Below the pieces are notes generated by a model. That model saw nothing but the letters and a program-made list of their open reading frames with translations. It searched no databases and was not told the DNA's origin. Source: Azolla caroliniana (lineage: Eukaryota > Plantae > Polypodiophyta). Taken from it: a DNA stretch of 64,000 nt. The stretch covers positions 3,596,001 through 3,660,000 of the forward strand of contig JBHGNT010000009.1 of assembly GCA_043228905.1 (NCBI GenBank). Reading direction: 5' to 3'. Position numbers and translations under genes: made by a program. Positions 1 through 12,724 of this stretch are shown in pieces. Numbering within the stretch: position 1 is the first letter of the stretch; each line of letters starts with the position of its first letter.

Positions 1-200
1 TCTTGAACATCGAGAGTTGTTACTATTTCCACATGTAGAACATGAAAATGTTATATATTTGGTCTCATAGGTTATATTTGAACTCCGACGACAATAATAA
101 AAGTTATCTGTATATCTCTCTCTCTCTCACACACACACATATGTAATACGTGAAAATGTTATATTTTGGTCTCATAAGATATATTTGAACTCTGAAGACA

Positions 201-205
201 ATAAT

Positions 206-272
<67 letters not shown>
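201..272. repeat. Compound (CT)n(CA)n microsatellite
   Basis: Directly visible; a shorter sister copy at about 115-139 lies in a local duplication. Confidence 0.95.
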
Positions 273-276
<4 letters not shown>

Positions 277-331
277 TGAGCATGCGATTAGATAGTACAC
301 TCATATGTTGTGGATAAGTGGGAAGAAATAC

Positions 332-1003
332 CATTGCTAACTGCCACAAGATCAGACAAGCCATCAGGAGACATCTCCTCATCAGTGCAGACAGCAATTA
401 CATCAACACCTGAAACATCTTTACATAATGAAACATCTACGATATACAATCCATAAAACCACAAGAAAAACCTTCACAAAATGAAGAATCCATTTAAATG
501 ACATAAAAAGGAATCCTAAAATGAATGGTCCATGGTATCACAAGAAAAATGCAATTAAAGAATCCATTTTAGAACCACCAGAAAAAGAAAAGGGCTCACA
601 AAATGGAGAACTCTGAACAAAGAAAAAGGAAAAAGAAGGAGATTTACTTGCCTGATTGCACATAGCCCTTGCATCGGTGGGCAAGAGAAGTAGGCGACTC
701 TTCGGGGTCAATCCGAGCAACTTCCGCAATTATGGAGATCCGGGGCCAGTTCATGCGGATAGCCCGGACAAGGGCATTAGGGTCCGAGGAAGGGGAAGTG
801 GAGATAAGCCTGGCTTGAAGCTCTTCTGGCTGCTGCAGCTGCAGTGAGCTTAGCTGAGATTGAAGGAACCGCTGCTTGCTCTGTAGAATGCTCTTCAAGG
901 TGCGCTGTGGAGGAGAGTTGGGGTTGGGGTTGGGGTTCCCACCGAAGCCCTGATCCATTTCTGCTTTCACCCTAGCTGTCGCCGTAGCGAGCTGCAACGC
1001 CAT
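332..1003 (-). CDS. Indole-3-glycerol phosphate synthase-like (TIM barrel) protein, 5' exons only; gene continues beyond the left edge
   Basis: Exon1 1003-652 (MALQLATA...SIIAEVARIDPEESPTSLAHRCKGYVQS) and exon2 409-332 (GVDVIAVCTDEEMSPDGLSDLVAVSN) parallel the IGPS motifs 'LIAEVKKASPS' and 'GAACLSVLTDEKYFQGSFENL'. The frame is preserved only with a GC donor at 651. Confidence 0.7.
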
Positions 1004-2614
1004 CGGCACGAAGATGAACGGATTGATGGAAGGGAATGGATGAACAATGTCTGTTTCCTGTTGATCTATCTCCTTTCAGAGAGATGATGATGATGATGAT
1101 GATGCGTTCATCATCTGTTTCCTGTTGATCTATTATCCCCTTTCAGATATGTACATTGTAGATGATACCTTTGTCCTCCTGTGGAGAACAAACAATGTAT
1201 GTATAGCATCTGATACATACATACATACATATATCAATGTGATACATATACATATATGTGAAAGGAGATAAACTAGAAACAAGAGCCTTCCTCGGAGACC
1301 ATTCCGGAGCTCATATGGCTGGGAAGAACCGAGCCGAGCTCGTATGGCCTGAAAGAAATGTCTTCTAGATTAACCGGTCCGCTAGAAATGTATCGGGCAG
1401 GGAACCCGTGTATTGACTCTGGCCTTTGCCCGGCCACACACACAAAAAGAAAAAACCTTGACCCGCGTCGCTTGTAAACTGTGTAAACTGAATAAGAAGT
1501 TTGTCCCTCGTGACTACCGAAAACTTTTCGTTTATCTATCCTTTTGATAAAGCGACTCCCAATGCAACCGATCCATTTTATCATAGGCTACTATCAGCTT
1601 CACTCCCACATGCACGCACTAAATTTATAAATATGATAATGTTTATACACAAGTTCATGGCACCCATGAGAGCTTCGTGACATTTTCTAGAACAATCTTC
1701 AAAAAGTATCAAGGGTTTTTGTCATTTAACGATCAGAATCCCACACAATCATGTATTACACTTACACATGGACAAAAGTAAATCAATCACCTCTTCACAT
1801 TGTACACTCAAAGGTAAGAGAAAGAATATGTTGGTATTTGTTTCTATTGTCCTATACTTCTATGCATTTCTAACCACTTTCCAAACTAAAGTACATTTAT
1901 GCAATGATCTTCATATTCATATTGTAAGCTTGAACTTATGGCCTACATAACACAATCTTCACATGTAATTGGTGTATGTTACAAGTTATATTGATCAGTT
2001 TATACTGTCCATTGCTGACAACTCCTTCAGTAATATTTAAGGTAAAAATGTGGCTGCAAATAACCAATATTGGAAATAACATAAGATGAAAGGCAAGTTT
2101 AATATTTCGAAGGCATTGTTATTTGCTATGCAATCTCACAGATATATATCAGCATGGAGATTTGTTCATCTAACACCATGGTAATGCTTTCATTCAAAGA
2201 GACTAACTCAATCATATCACATCCACATCCTATACTGATAATGGCCATTGGGATAAATTTGCTTTTTTCTTTTTCCATTTAAATGCAAATTATGCATGCA
2301 TAGATGCATATGAAAACGCATAATCCAGAATAAGCACTCGGGCCAGCTAGCAAACACCCATGTTAGGAAAAATCTTTAAGCTTTTCAATATTAAGCTAAT
2401 TTTTTCAATCCTACTCTAGTTTTCCTCAAATTAACTGAGGCAGGAATGCCTTGTCCTTGTAAGGCCTTATGTCCAATACATACACATAGAGCTGTAATTT
2501 GCTACATTTAATGTTCAATTCCAAGGTGTACACTTGGAAATCCAATATTGGTGATCAATGTCTGGGAGTCCAGTTTTATGACTCTGACTATCAATTGCAT
2601 CACAGGCGGTGTAG

Positions 2615-5297
2615 TTAATCCCCAACCACATATTTCGCAAAGAGATTATTTGGGTTTGTCATGGCCTTGAATTCCAAGGAATTTCCACTCTGGTCTTTGA
2701 AGAACATGGTCCACTGCATTTTCATTAATCAAGTTCAGCAGAGGTGTAGAAACTTGAAGCATCACTTCACATAGGTATTCTTCAGAAGTTTTAAATACCT
2801 GCTCACCAGGCTGGCCAGTGAATCGAATGTGTGGTTCAATTATGAACTTGATACCTCTAGTTTTTACTTGTTCAGCTAGGTCAAGGAAATCTGGCACTGA
2901 CATAGCAAGTCCAAAATGAGGCACCGGAACCGAATCACCATCTGTTCTAACACGCCAAGAACCCACATTAGTAGTGAACAAACATCTGCAATGTGCATGC
3001 TAGATAAGAATGAGAAGTCCACCAAAATACGATTTACAAATTATCTTAACACACAAAATAACCCAGTTCCGGTTACTTTCTTTTTTCTTTAGTAATCTTA
3101 GTCTACCCAAAATATGTAACTGCATTTTAGGAACTGGGCAAAAGTAAACATTTATTTGCCCCTTATGTTATGATATATACATGTTCAAGGCTGGTATAGC
3201 TGTAAGCTAAAGAGTAATAAAAAGAAAAATAAACACAATATAAATGAATACACGAGAAGCATACAAAATCTACTAAACTAGGAAATCTATATATAAATTA
3301 TATTTGACCTGTAAACATTGATGTTTATCTCCTAACATCAATGAAAACATGGTACAAAATTAGGCATTCAACTGCCTCCCAAAACCAGTAGACATATAAT
3401 CATAAGTCTATATTAAGAATCTGCACAGGAATGCAGGAAGAGAGTAAAGAGTAATAAAAGAAAAACAATATACACAAATACACAAGAAGCATATGAAGTC
3501 CACTAAACTGGAAAATTGATATAAAACCATATTTAAGCATAAAATCAATGAAAATATGGCACAAATAATGTATTTGTCTGCCCCTCAATATCAGCAGACA
3601 TACAGCTGTAAGTCTTTAATAAGAACCATCATAGGAATGAAAGAAGAAATGACGTAAATAAAGCCCCATGAGAAGCACCAAAACAAAATGAACAGCTCAC
3701 TGATAGCATAAAACAAGTAAACACCTCACTATTAACTTCGAAGACTTCTCGTTTGGATCCCCTTTCCTAGTTTCAGAAAATATAGTTTATGGTTCTGCAT
3801 GACTACTTTGTTTCCGGTCGTTCCAAGTTGATCACCTATATTTCTGATGGCCAACAATTATGCACCTATTAGAAACTTGTTTGACTAAAATCTTCTATGC
3901 TTCATCTAATATTCAATTTCTACAAGTTAAGTCAACTACTAACACTAGTTCAAACGAGGTTCTCAGGGGATTTATATTGCTTTGGTGATTCACATGTGTT
4001 GCAGTTGTCAGAGAATGAAATCGCTAATGTTAGTAAGTTTACAAAACACCTGATTTTTCCACAGAATCTTGACAGCTATCATGATAAAGTACATTGAATG
4101 CAATTCTATCACTATCAAACATCAAAACATGAACATATATTGCGAGTGACTTCAACAAAGAATCATTTAGATGTATCATAGGCTTCACTTTTTACTTGAT
4201 TGTTACCCTGGAAGCAGAAGTTATGGAGAATGAATAATTAAGATGCCACTTACCCACAGCATTTTCTGCACTTTCAGCATTGTAGTCAGCTACATGATGA
4301 CAAACTAACTGCACTAGCCCATAGTGTATTTTTAGTTATGTCAAACTAAATCTATCACATAAAATACATCAGGAAAACTAGCTATACAAAGACAAAGTAG
4401 GTGGTGGACAAACAGAAATTTTCCCTTCGTTTTACCTGATGCCCATAAAGATTGAAATCTACCCAACTCTTGGACGAGCGGCCTTCAGGCAAACCTAAGA
4501 CCCTAATTTACCACCAAAAATGCATTGATACAACCCTCTTTTAGATCTAAACACCATAGTAAGCCTTCCTTTAACATTCATATTTACCCTCCATAGAATT
4601 CCCTTGCGGCTCGTATATCATGAACAGGAATAGCTAGATGGAAAGGCATAATATTAGGAGACTTTGCATCCTTCTCTACATTCATTGAAACTTCAATGCA
4701 TGTTGAGACTTTTGAAGATATGCTGCATCTGGCAGGGGAAAATGAAAGAACAAAGGATAAGGAAATTAATATGAAATATATTTTGCATATTATCATAGAT
4801 GTAGTGATAGCTATATAATTTCCAATCTATCAATGAAGCTTCATGCATCATAGGAACAAATATTTCCAAGATCTGGACATGCACCAAAGGTGTAAATCAA
4901 CTTGCTAACGATTTGTTTTACCAAAGGTCCAACATGCATCACAGACAACAATAATTTTTCCAGATCTGACGCATCTTCCAGGATATCCTACATTGAAAAG
5001 AATCTACGCATATGTTATGCGGTCATCAATAGCAGACACAGCTACTGAAGCTATCATAAATTTTCTGAGTACGTTGAAAGCTCGTGGATGGGGAAAACAA
5101 AAGTAGTTTTCAAAAAAAAAGAACAACATTTAATCAGAAATCAGAACCCAGAGAAGAAGAACGTACCGGGAACAGCTAGACTGAGCCACATGAGAGGTTG
5201 TGAAGACCGGATGAGTCCTGCTGTTTTGAGATGAGGGAATGGAATATGTTTCCCGATTCCATAGGGAAAGGGAACGGGTGGAGAATGAGAGGGCCAT
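2615..5297 (-). CDS. VOC/glyoxalase-bleomycin resistance-extradiol dioxygenase family protein with probable plastid transit peptide
   Basis: Six GT-AG exons in consistent phase: 5297-5167, 4728-4588, 4502-4436, 4308-4254, 2941-2799, 2713-2615. Motifs [83 protein letters not shown]. Ser/Thr-rich N-terminus. Confidence 0.9.
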
Positions 5298-6122
5298 GGC
5301 TATACTGATAGCTTCTCTGCTCCTGCCCCTGCACCGAAATGATCAGGTTCGCTCGGATTGAAGCCAAAAATAGCGCCACTCTTAACATTTCATAGCAGGA
5401 CTATGGTAGCAGTAATCATAGACTATTAAGTCATATGCAGATTCTTCCCACTACCTCCATTAGAAGACCCACCACCACCATTACTAACTACTACTATCTA
5501 TCTATAACTAGATTTTTGCTAAGTCTAGATGTGCTCACCAATAATCTGTCATGTGCCATTCGATGCAAGAGGCATTGGGATGGTTGTCGGCCTCAAGAAT
5601 GCATGTGGGTTCGATCGAGGAATAAGTATATGTTTTGCGGACCAAAGTAACATGTATATTGAACCAAGTCTATACACATATGCATCATCACCGTATATTT
5701 GTGGGGATGCATAAGGATGCAAAACAGAAATGCTCCCCATATTTATGGATATGAAGACATACATGCACTTTACTAAGAGCACAATTCTTGCTCTCTCTCT
5801 CTCTCTCTCTCGGTAAAAGCACACAATTATACTAATTGTATGTTAAAATCCACTTGTTACAACACTTCTTAGTCTCCTCTACCTATCGATCCTATGCCTA
5901 TGTAGGGAGAGGGATGTCTTGTAATGCCACTACAAAACCAGGAAATCATTCCCACATGCTCTAACATCCGGAAATTCCACATAAGAATACCTTTCTCTCT
6001 CTTGCTTGCTCTTATAAGGCCATTTTTGGCCTCTTAAAAGACCTTAGTATTTTACTTTAGTATATCTTTCTTTCTCTCAATGTCGCACTGTGCACATAAG
6101 TGTGAAGGGTAAAAGATTGCTT

Positions 6123-6156
<34 letters not shown>

Positions 6157-6417
6157 ATGGATCTGGGCTTTCCTCGCATGGTTGGTGTTCCTCTACATAA
6201 ACAAAATGTTCAAACGCTTCTCCTCCTCCAGAGAAGCTATTACACAGATCCATCCACTCTCTGTTGGCATAAGTGATAGAAATCATGGCAAGGATCTATG
6301 GATGTTTGGAAGATGGAGAAGCAGCAAGCAACAGAAGATGATAGATACATCAATCCATATCCGAAGCAGAGATGCACCACACCATGTTCTGCGCTTCCAT
6401 ATCCAGCATAACCCAAA

Positions 6418-9400
6418 ATGAGAGATACCATGGTTAAATGGTCGGCGCCATCCAATGCGTTCCACAGTCAGTCTAACAGAGTACAAGCACGTGGGAAAGA
6501 CAGTATCCATGATTGCTCCAATGGAGAGCAATCATCAATGGATCGATTTGCAAAGTTACTCCACAAGTGTAAAGAAGAAAAGTCTAGAGGCAATGCTCAG
6601 CAATTACTTGCTTCTATTCGTGAAGCTGGTCTTGAGAGGCACAGATCTCTAGGTAATAATCTTGTTTCGACGCTTGCAGAGCTCGGAAGCCTACATGATG
6701 CACACCAAATATTTGACGACTTAGTTCACCGCAATTCACGCTCGTGGAATTCCCTTATTTCAGGCTATGTCAAGCATGGCAGGCCAAAACAAGCTCTAGC
6801 CCTTTATCATAAGATGCCAAAAGAGGACTCTTTGCATCTCAATGTGTACACATTTGTTGCTCTCATAAATGCATGTGCCAAGCTTAAAGACCTAGAGCAA
6901 GGCCTTTGTCTGCATGCTGAAGTTGATAAATTTGGATGGATTAATAGAGACCCCTTCATTGGGAGCAGTTTGGTTTACATGTATGCTAAATGCGGTTCTC
7001 TTGATAAAGCACAGAATGTGTTTGATACACTTGATTCTCGGGACGTTGTATCATGGAATTCCCTTATCACAGGATATGTTGGGCAAGGACATGGTGAGGA
7101 GGCACTTCAATGCTTTGAGAAAATGCAAGTAGCAGGGGTCTTCCCAAACGCTATCACATATTCATGTGTCTTGAAAGCTTGCGGTAACATAGGTGCCACG
7201 GAGAAAGGCAGAGAAGTTCATTCAGAGGTTGAACGACGAGGCTTTCTGGAGAAAGACATTGTTCTTGCAACAGCCATAGTGGATATGTACGCTAAATGTG
7301 GTTTTGTTTCACGAGCACAAGAAATGTTTGACAAACTTGTAGTTCGAGATGTTATCTCATGGAATTCTTTAATTGCAGGATATGCAACACATGGGAATGG
7401 AGGAGAGGCACTGAAGTGTTTTGAGCATATGCAACTTGAAGGTGTTTCTCCGAACTCTGTCACATTTATTTGCAGCTTGAAAGCTTGTGGTAACACTGGT
7501 GAGATAGGAAAAGGAGAAGCCATACATAATGAAATCAAAAGAAACGTGTTATTGGAAAAAGATATCCCTCTTGGCACCAGCTTGATTGGTATGTATGCCC
7601 AATGTGGCATGCTAGAAAAAGCCCAAGAAACCTTCGGAGAACTTCCTGTTCGGAACATTGTATCATGGAACACATTGATTTCTGGATTTATTACAAATAG
7701 CTGTGGTGAGGAAGCACTGGAATTTTTTCATCAAATGCAATTTGAAGGTGCCTCCCCCAATTCTGTAACATACATATGTGCCTTGAAAGCTTGCACAATC
7801 ATAGGAGCTGTAGATGAAGGCCAGAAAATTCACGCGGAGGTTGATAGAAAGGGATTATTGCATACGGATATTGCTGTTGGAACATCTTTGGTTGATATGT
7901 ATGTGAAGTTTGGCCTGCTTACAAAAGCACAGGATGTATTTGATAGCCTTCCCATCCAGAACGTGGTCTCTTGGAACTCACTTATCGTAGGATATGTTGA
8001 ACATAAACTTGGTGAGCAGGCACTTCAATGCTTTGAAAAGATGCAATCTGAGGGGATTGCTCCAGACATTGTCACATACATTTCTGCCTTGAGAGCTTGT
8101 GGTAGCATAGGAGCGATAGAAAAGGGCATAAGTATACATATTGAGGCTGGGCGAAGAGGATTATTGGAAAGGGGTCTTAATATTAGCTCTGCACTAGTTG
8201 ATATGTATGGAAAATGTGGATTGTTTGACCAGGCACAGGAAGTATTTGACAAGCTTCCAGTTCGGGATTTAATGGCATGGAATTCGCTTATATGTGCATA
8301 CACTGAACATGGACATGGTGAGGAAGCACTGGAGTTATTTGAAAGGATGAAGCTAGAGGGTATTAAGCCAGATTCTCAAACATTTATTTACAGCTTGAAA
8401 GCTTGTGGCAGCATAAGGGCAACAGATAAAGGCAGGAAAATACATCAAGAGATTGACAGAAGAGGCTTACTAGAGGAAGACATTGTACTTGGCACTGCTT
8501 TAGTTTATATGTATACTAAATGTGGTCTACTTGCAAAAGCAAAAGATGTTTTTGAAATGCTACAAACCAGAAGTGTCATCTTATGGAATGCACTAATAGT
8601 GGGGTATATTGATCATGGTTATGGGGAAGAGGCTGTTGAATGCTTTAAACAAATGCAATGGGAGGGTGTGACTCCAGATGTCGTGACTTATGTATGCAGC
8701 TTGAGAGCTTGTGGTAGTATAGGGGCCATAGATAAAGGTCAAGAAATACATGAAGAAATTGATAGAAAGGGATTTCTGGATAGGGATCTCCTTATTGGTA
8801 CTGCCTTGGTTGATATGTACCTCAAATGTGGTTCACTTAATTCAGCACGCCAAGTTTTTGACAAGATTATAGTTAGAGACATTGTCTCATGGAATTCGCT
8901 CATCGGAGGATATGCTGAACATGGACATGGTGACGATGCATTAGAGTGTTTTGAAAAGATGCAGTTGCAAGGCATCATGCCAAATGCTGTCACACTTTCA
9001 TTCATCCTGAAAGCTTGTAGCACAGTAGGGGCCACAGAGAAAGGCCAAGAAATACATGCAGAGATTGAAAGGAGAGGTTTTTTGGAAAGGGATATTGTCA
9101 TTGGTAGCAGCTTGGTTGAAATGTACAGTAAATGTGGTATGCAAGCTATAGCGAGCAAAGTATTTGAAAAGCTTCCTATTAGGGATGTTGTGTCATGGAA
9201 TTCATTAATTGCAGGATATGCCCAAGCTGGAAAAATTGAAAGCATTTTCTCTATCTTTGATAGAATGTCAGGAGAAGGGATAAAGCCCGATCCTTTTACC
9301 TTCATCATTATTTTCAATGCATGCAATCGAGCAGGTCTATTTGAACAAAGTGAGACATACTTCAATGCCATGAAAAAAGTCTATGGCATCCTTCCAACGG

Positions 9401-9684
9401 TTGAGCACCATAACTGCATGATTAACTTCCTTTGCCGCTCAAGCCAACTAGATAAAGCTGTAGCGATGATCAATAAGACACCTTTCTTTTCCAACCTTGT
9501 TGCATGGCATGCAGTATTAGGTGCTTGTAAAAATTCAGGAAATGTGACACTTGGTAAACAAGCCTTTGAGAATGCACTGAGTTTGGATGAAAAAGATTGT
9601 GCATCATATGTCTTGATGTCCCAAATCTATTTAGGAGCAGGAATGTATGAAAATAGTCATGATATTAGAATTGGGAGCTCATGA
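6418..9684 (+). CDS. PLS-class pentatricopeptide repeat protein (E-type C-terminus, no DYW), 1088 aa
   Basis: Intronless ORF with about 9 P-L-S triplets (SWNSLI.GY / TY.C.LKAC / LVDMY.KCG), ending in an E-like region (VAWHAVLGACKNSGNVTLGKQAFE...ASYVLMSQIY). Confidence 0.97.
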   Translation: MRDTMVKWSAPSNAFHSQSNRVQARGKDSIHDCSNGEQSSMDRFAKLLHKCKEEKSRGNAQQLLASIREAGLERHRSLGNNLVSTLAELGSLHDAHQIFDDLVHRNSRSWNSLISGYVKHGRPKQALALYHKMPKEDSLHLNVYTFVALINACAKLKDLEQGLCLHAEVDKFGWINRDPFIGSSLVYMYAKCGSLDKAQNVFDTLDSRDVVSWNSLITGYVGQGHGEEALQCFEKMQVAGVFPNAITYSCVLKACGNIGATEKGREVHSEVERRGFLEKDIVLATAIVDMYAKCGFVSRAQEMFDKLVVRDVISWNSLIAGYATHGNGGEALKCFEHMQLEGVSPNSVTFICSLKACGNTGEIGKGEAIHNEIKRNVLLEKDIPLGTSLIGMYAQCGMLEKAQETFGELPVRNIVSWNTLISGFITNSCGEEALEFFHQMQFEGASPNSVTYICALKACTIIGAVDEGQKIHAEVDRKGLLHTDIAVGTSLVDMYVKFGLLTKAQDVFDSLPIQNVVSWNSLIVGYVEHKLGEQALQCFEKMQSEGIAPDIVTYISALRACGSIGAIEKGISIHIEAGRRGLLERGLNISSALVDMYGKCGLFDQAQEVFDKLPVRDLMAWNSLICAYTEHGHGEEALELFERMKLEGIKPDSQTFIYSLKACGSIRATDKGRKIHQEIDRRGLLEEDIVLGTALVYMYTKCGLLAKAKDVFEMLQTRSVILWNALIVGYIDHGYGEEAVECFKQMQWEGVTPDVVTYVCSLRACGSIGAIDKGQEIHEEIDRKGFLDRDLLIGTALVDMYLKCGSLNSARQVFDKIIVRDIVSWNSLIGGYAEHGHGDDALECFEKMQLQGIMPNAVTLSFILKACSTVGATEKGQEIHAEIERRGFLERDIVIGSSLVEMYSKCGMQAIASKVFEKLPIRDVVSWNSLIAGYAQAGKIESIFSIFDRMSGEGIKPDPFTFIIIFNACNRAGLFEQSETYFNAMKKVYGILPTVEHHNCMINFLCRSSQLDKAVAMINKTPFFSNLVAWHAVLGACKNSGNVTLGKQAFENALSLDEKDCASYVLMSQIYLGAGMYENSHDIRIGSS

Positions 9685-12600
9685 ATACCATTCAACTATT
9701 TCATGACACAAGGGCTTTGAATGAATGATACCAGAAGTCATGTGAAGATCAGGCAGCAGCTGATAGGGATGAAGCATTTCTTTCACCAGGAGTGCTGGTG
9801 AATTGGGAGAAGAAGAATATCTCTCCCTTTCTCCTTCATGTGGGATGATGGAACCTTTTCTGTACAAGGACAATAAGAGGGCCACTTGATATTCTAGATT
9901 TGATATCAAGCATAGCTGTGCAGCTATTCTAGCAGCATTTGTGATGGCAGAAAACACAGTAAACTGGAGAAAACATCAGAAAGAGTGAAGTGATGGGTGC
10001 AAAATGAGTGGTCTTTCTGTACTACAGTGATGTGGGCCATGGGTATTGGCACTTGACCCAAGTGGACATAGGTGATTGATATCAAGCATAGCTGTGCTAC
10101 CCGAGTAGCATTAGCAAAGGCAGAAAACGGAGAAAACTGAAGGAAACATCAGGAAGAGTGGCCTTTGTGGTTCATGGAGGTTGGCACTTGATATGGTGGA
10201 CATCACTGGTTGAAGTGTTTGCAGTGGTGGGATGAGTCACTATTTATCATAAATGATGCTAACATCTGTGAACGTCAAATGCTACTGTGATAGCAGTGAT
10301 GCTGATGGATAATATTGATGGGGTGGATAGAACAACCAATGCTGGGCCCCAACATTACTGTACTGCATTGTAATAGTAGTACTTTAAGTTACCAGTAATG
10401 ATTTACTCTTGTCATGTCTCTCAAAGGCAGCTTAGCTCTGGACACTGAAACTCTCATATGGACCTATTCATGCCACTGATTTGTTGGAAAGATTTTGAGG
10501 CAATATTGTTGAGCTCTCAGTGATCCAGTCACTTCACATGTTTGATGATGCTGTCAGCATGTAAAAAAAGACTAATCTATACTAGAAACTGGATCAGCGT
10601 ATTGAGACAAGTTATTACACTGGTCCATGTCCAGGATATTACAAGATACACCAAGTAACTGAATGCAAACAAACAAATCTTGTTCAAAAAATGCACTCCC
10701 AAATTATGTCAATTATTTTAAGCATATATCATGATCTATTATTATTGTTCATCTTCAATTATACATATGTCCCAAAATTACCTGCTATCATGCTCTGATA
10801 GTTAGTTCAAACTATTCACAACCCACAAGGTAGATCATTCTCATTGCCACTTGCAACCTCAATCTATTCTTGATGTCATAAACAACGAAGGTATGAAATC
10901 ATTCATAAAGTAACCTAAAATGCAAGTGATTGTCTTGCCAAAAGTGTATCTTATATTCTTATAAGTTTTTTTATTGTATCACCATATTAAGTCAACTCCA
11001 ATAATTTCCCATATTTGATTGAATGGCACTCTTACATAATCAAATCAATATATGTAACGGGGATGTTGACAGTGTAAATTGTAACACCAAATTTCCCATT
11101 TCCACATGGGCACATTCAGGGAATCAGTTTCATCCTTCTAATTACCCTTCCTTCTTGAACTATGAAATATTCATCATTAAAGCAATGAAAATGAATGATT
11201 TGCAAGCCAAACAAGGCACAATAAGTAAAATATAGAACATTCATCATTAAAGCAATGAAAAGGAATAATATACAAACCAAACAAGGCAAAGGAATTTTTA
11301 TGAATTTCATGAATGTTCAATCTCCTGTCTTCCAGCATCTCATGTGAAGTAGCTCTCCAAAAAAAGATAACTACGCAATAGTTAACATCTAATAATGTAG
11401 TGAGGTTTGCTTTTGTAAACTCTAATTGCCGCTTTGCTTTTGTTGATAACATTCCATCATCCACCACTGATAAATTCATAACTTCAAAGTCACCAAATGG
11501 CTGGCAATTAGAGCACCCAATGTATGGAAGTGAACCCACACAAAATATAAACTAATTCTTGTTCATGTACATTGCAGATTTTAGCAAGTTTATTCCCTCA
11601 TTACCTTTCACATTGTATAAGTGGAAATTGAAGAAAACGCACAACAAATGTACCGTAGAAAGTAGAGAATGCGAGAGAGATCACGTTAGCATCATTGGTG
11701 TGATCACTACTTTCTTTTATATCACCATCTCTATACATTACCTTACACATTTTTATAAGGGAAATTGAAGAAAGCACAAAACAAATGTACTGTAGAAAGT
11801 AGAAAATGCGAGAGAGATCATGTTAGCATCATATCACCACTTCCCTTCATATCACCATCTCTACAGATTCTCCCTACCTATTCTTCCTAATGACTCATCC
11901 CTTTCTTCTTCTTAAATACCTGTTTCTCTTTACTCTTCAATTTTGCGGTTCCCAGCTGTTGTCTCTCCCACTTAGCTTCTATTCTTTCCCTAGTTTTAAT
12001 CAATAACATTTGGCCCTGTTCACTCGTTTCAGCCCCAGCATGTTTGGAGTACCGTGGTGCCAATATTGTTTAACATCTACCTTCTCTGTACTTACTGTGT
12101 CCAAGGAAAAAGTAGCTAGAACACTACTAAATAAGATGAGCTAATGCAAGAGGGTCTTATACTTTCCCATTAAGCAGTACTTCACTCACCATTATGGAAT
12201 GGTTAGATTTAAATGATGTTGAACATGTGTTAGCAGGTAATCACCAGCTATGCACACATAATATTATTCTTTGATGTGGCCTAATGTTATATCTAAACTC
12301 TTGGGTCCTGAGTGCCTCATGGGTACAAAACTGGAGTACGGTTGGTGAATGTTGTTACAAAACCTGTTTTGAGGAAGAAAGACACTCATTTGGCAGTTAG
12401 GTTTGAGTGTTTCCAACAATATACAGAAATGACGCAGCAGTCCAGAGTCTGAGCTCCAACAAAAACTGCATCTTCCAAACAAGCAATTTTCAAGACCCTG
12501 CATTGACTTAAAATATGAGCAAATTTTGCATTATGATTTCAACATCAGTTATTAATCCTCATGCATTCTTATTGTTTATCAGAGATCATCCTCCTGAAAC

Positions 12601-12724
12601 AAGAAGAGCATTGTTGCATATCAAAGAATAGTACCTTATCAACACTAACTGGGAAATTATTATTCTACTTCTAACAACTGGAAAAGCAGGAAAAAGGTTA
12701 TATTTAATAATTTGAATCCATACC

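Noticed and set aside
1280-1650. Possible telomerase RNA or snRNA gene (AAAACCTTGACCC; USE-like TCCCACATG at about 1605)
   Set aside because: No true CTAAACCCT template, USE-TATA spacing is unconvincing and there is no recognisable snRNA body; more simply the IGPS-like promoter.
7218-9371. Minus-strand ORFs of 92-210 aa
   Set aside because: Antisense shadows of the PPR coding sequence.
9685-10560. Decayed DYW domain or C/D snoRNAs after the PPR stop
   Set aside because: No HSE/CxxCH/DYW remnants were found; the TGATGA/CTGA words lack terminal stems or recognisable guides.
11160-12120. Coding-like fragments and local duplications between the PPR and tcdA 3' ends
   Set aside because: Multiple stops, no consistent splice model and no recognisable domain.
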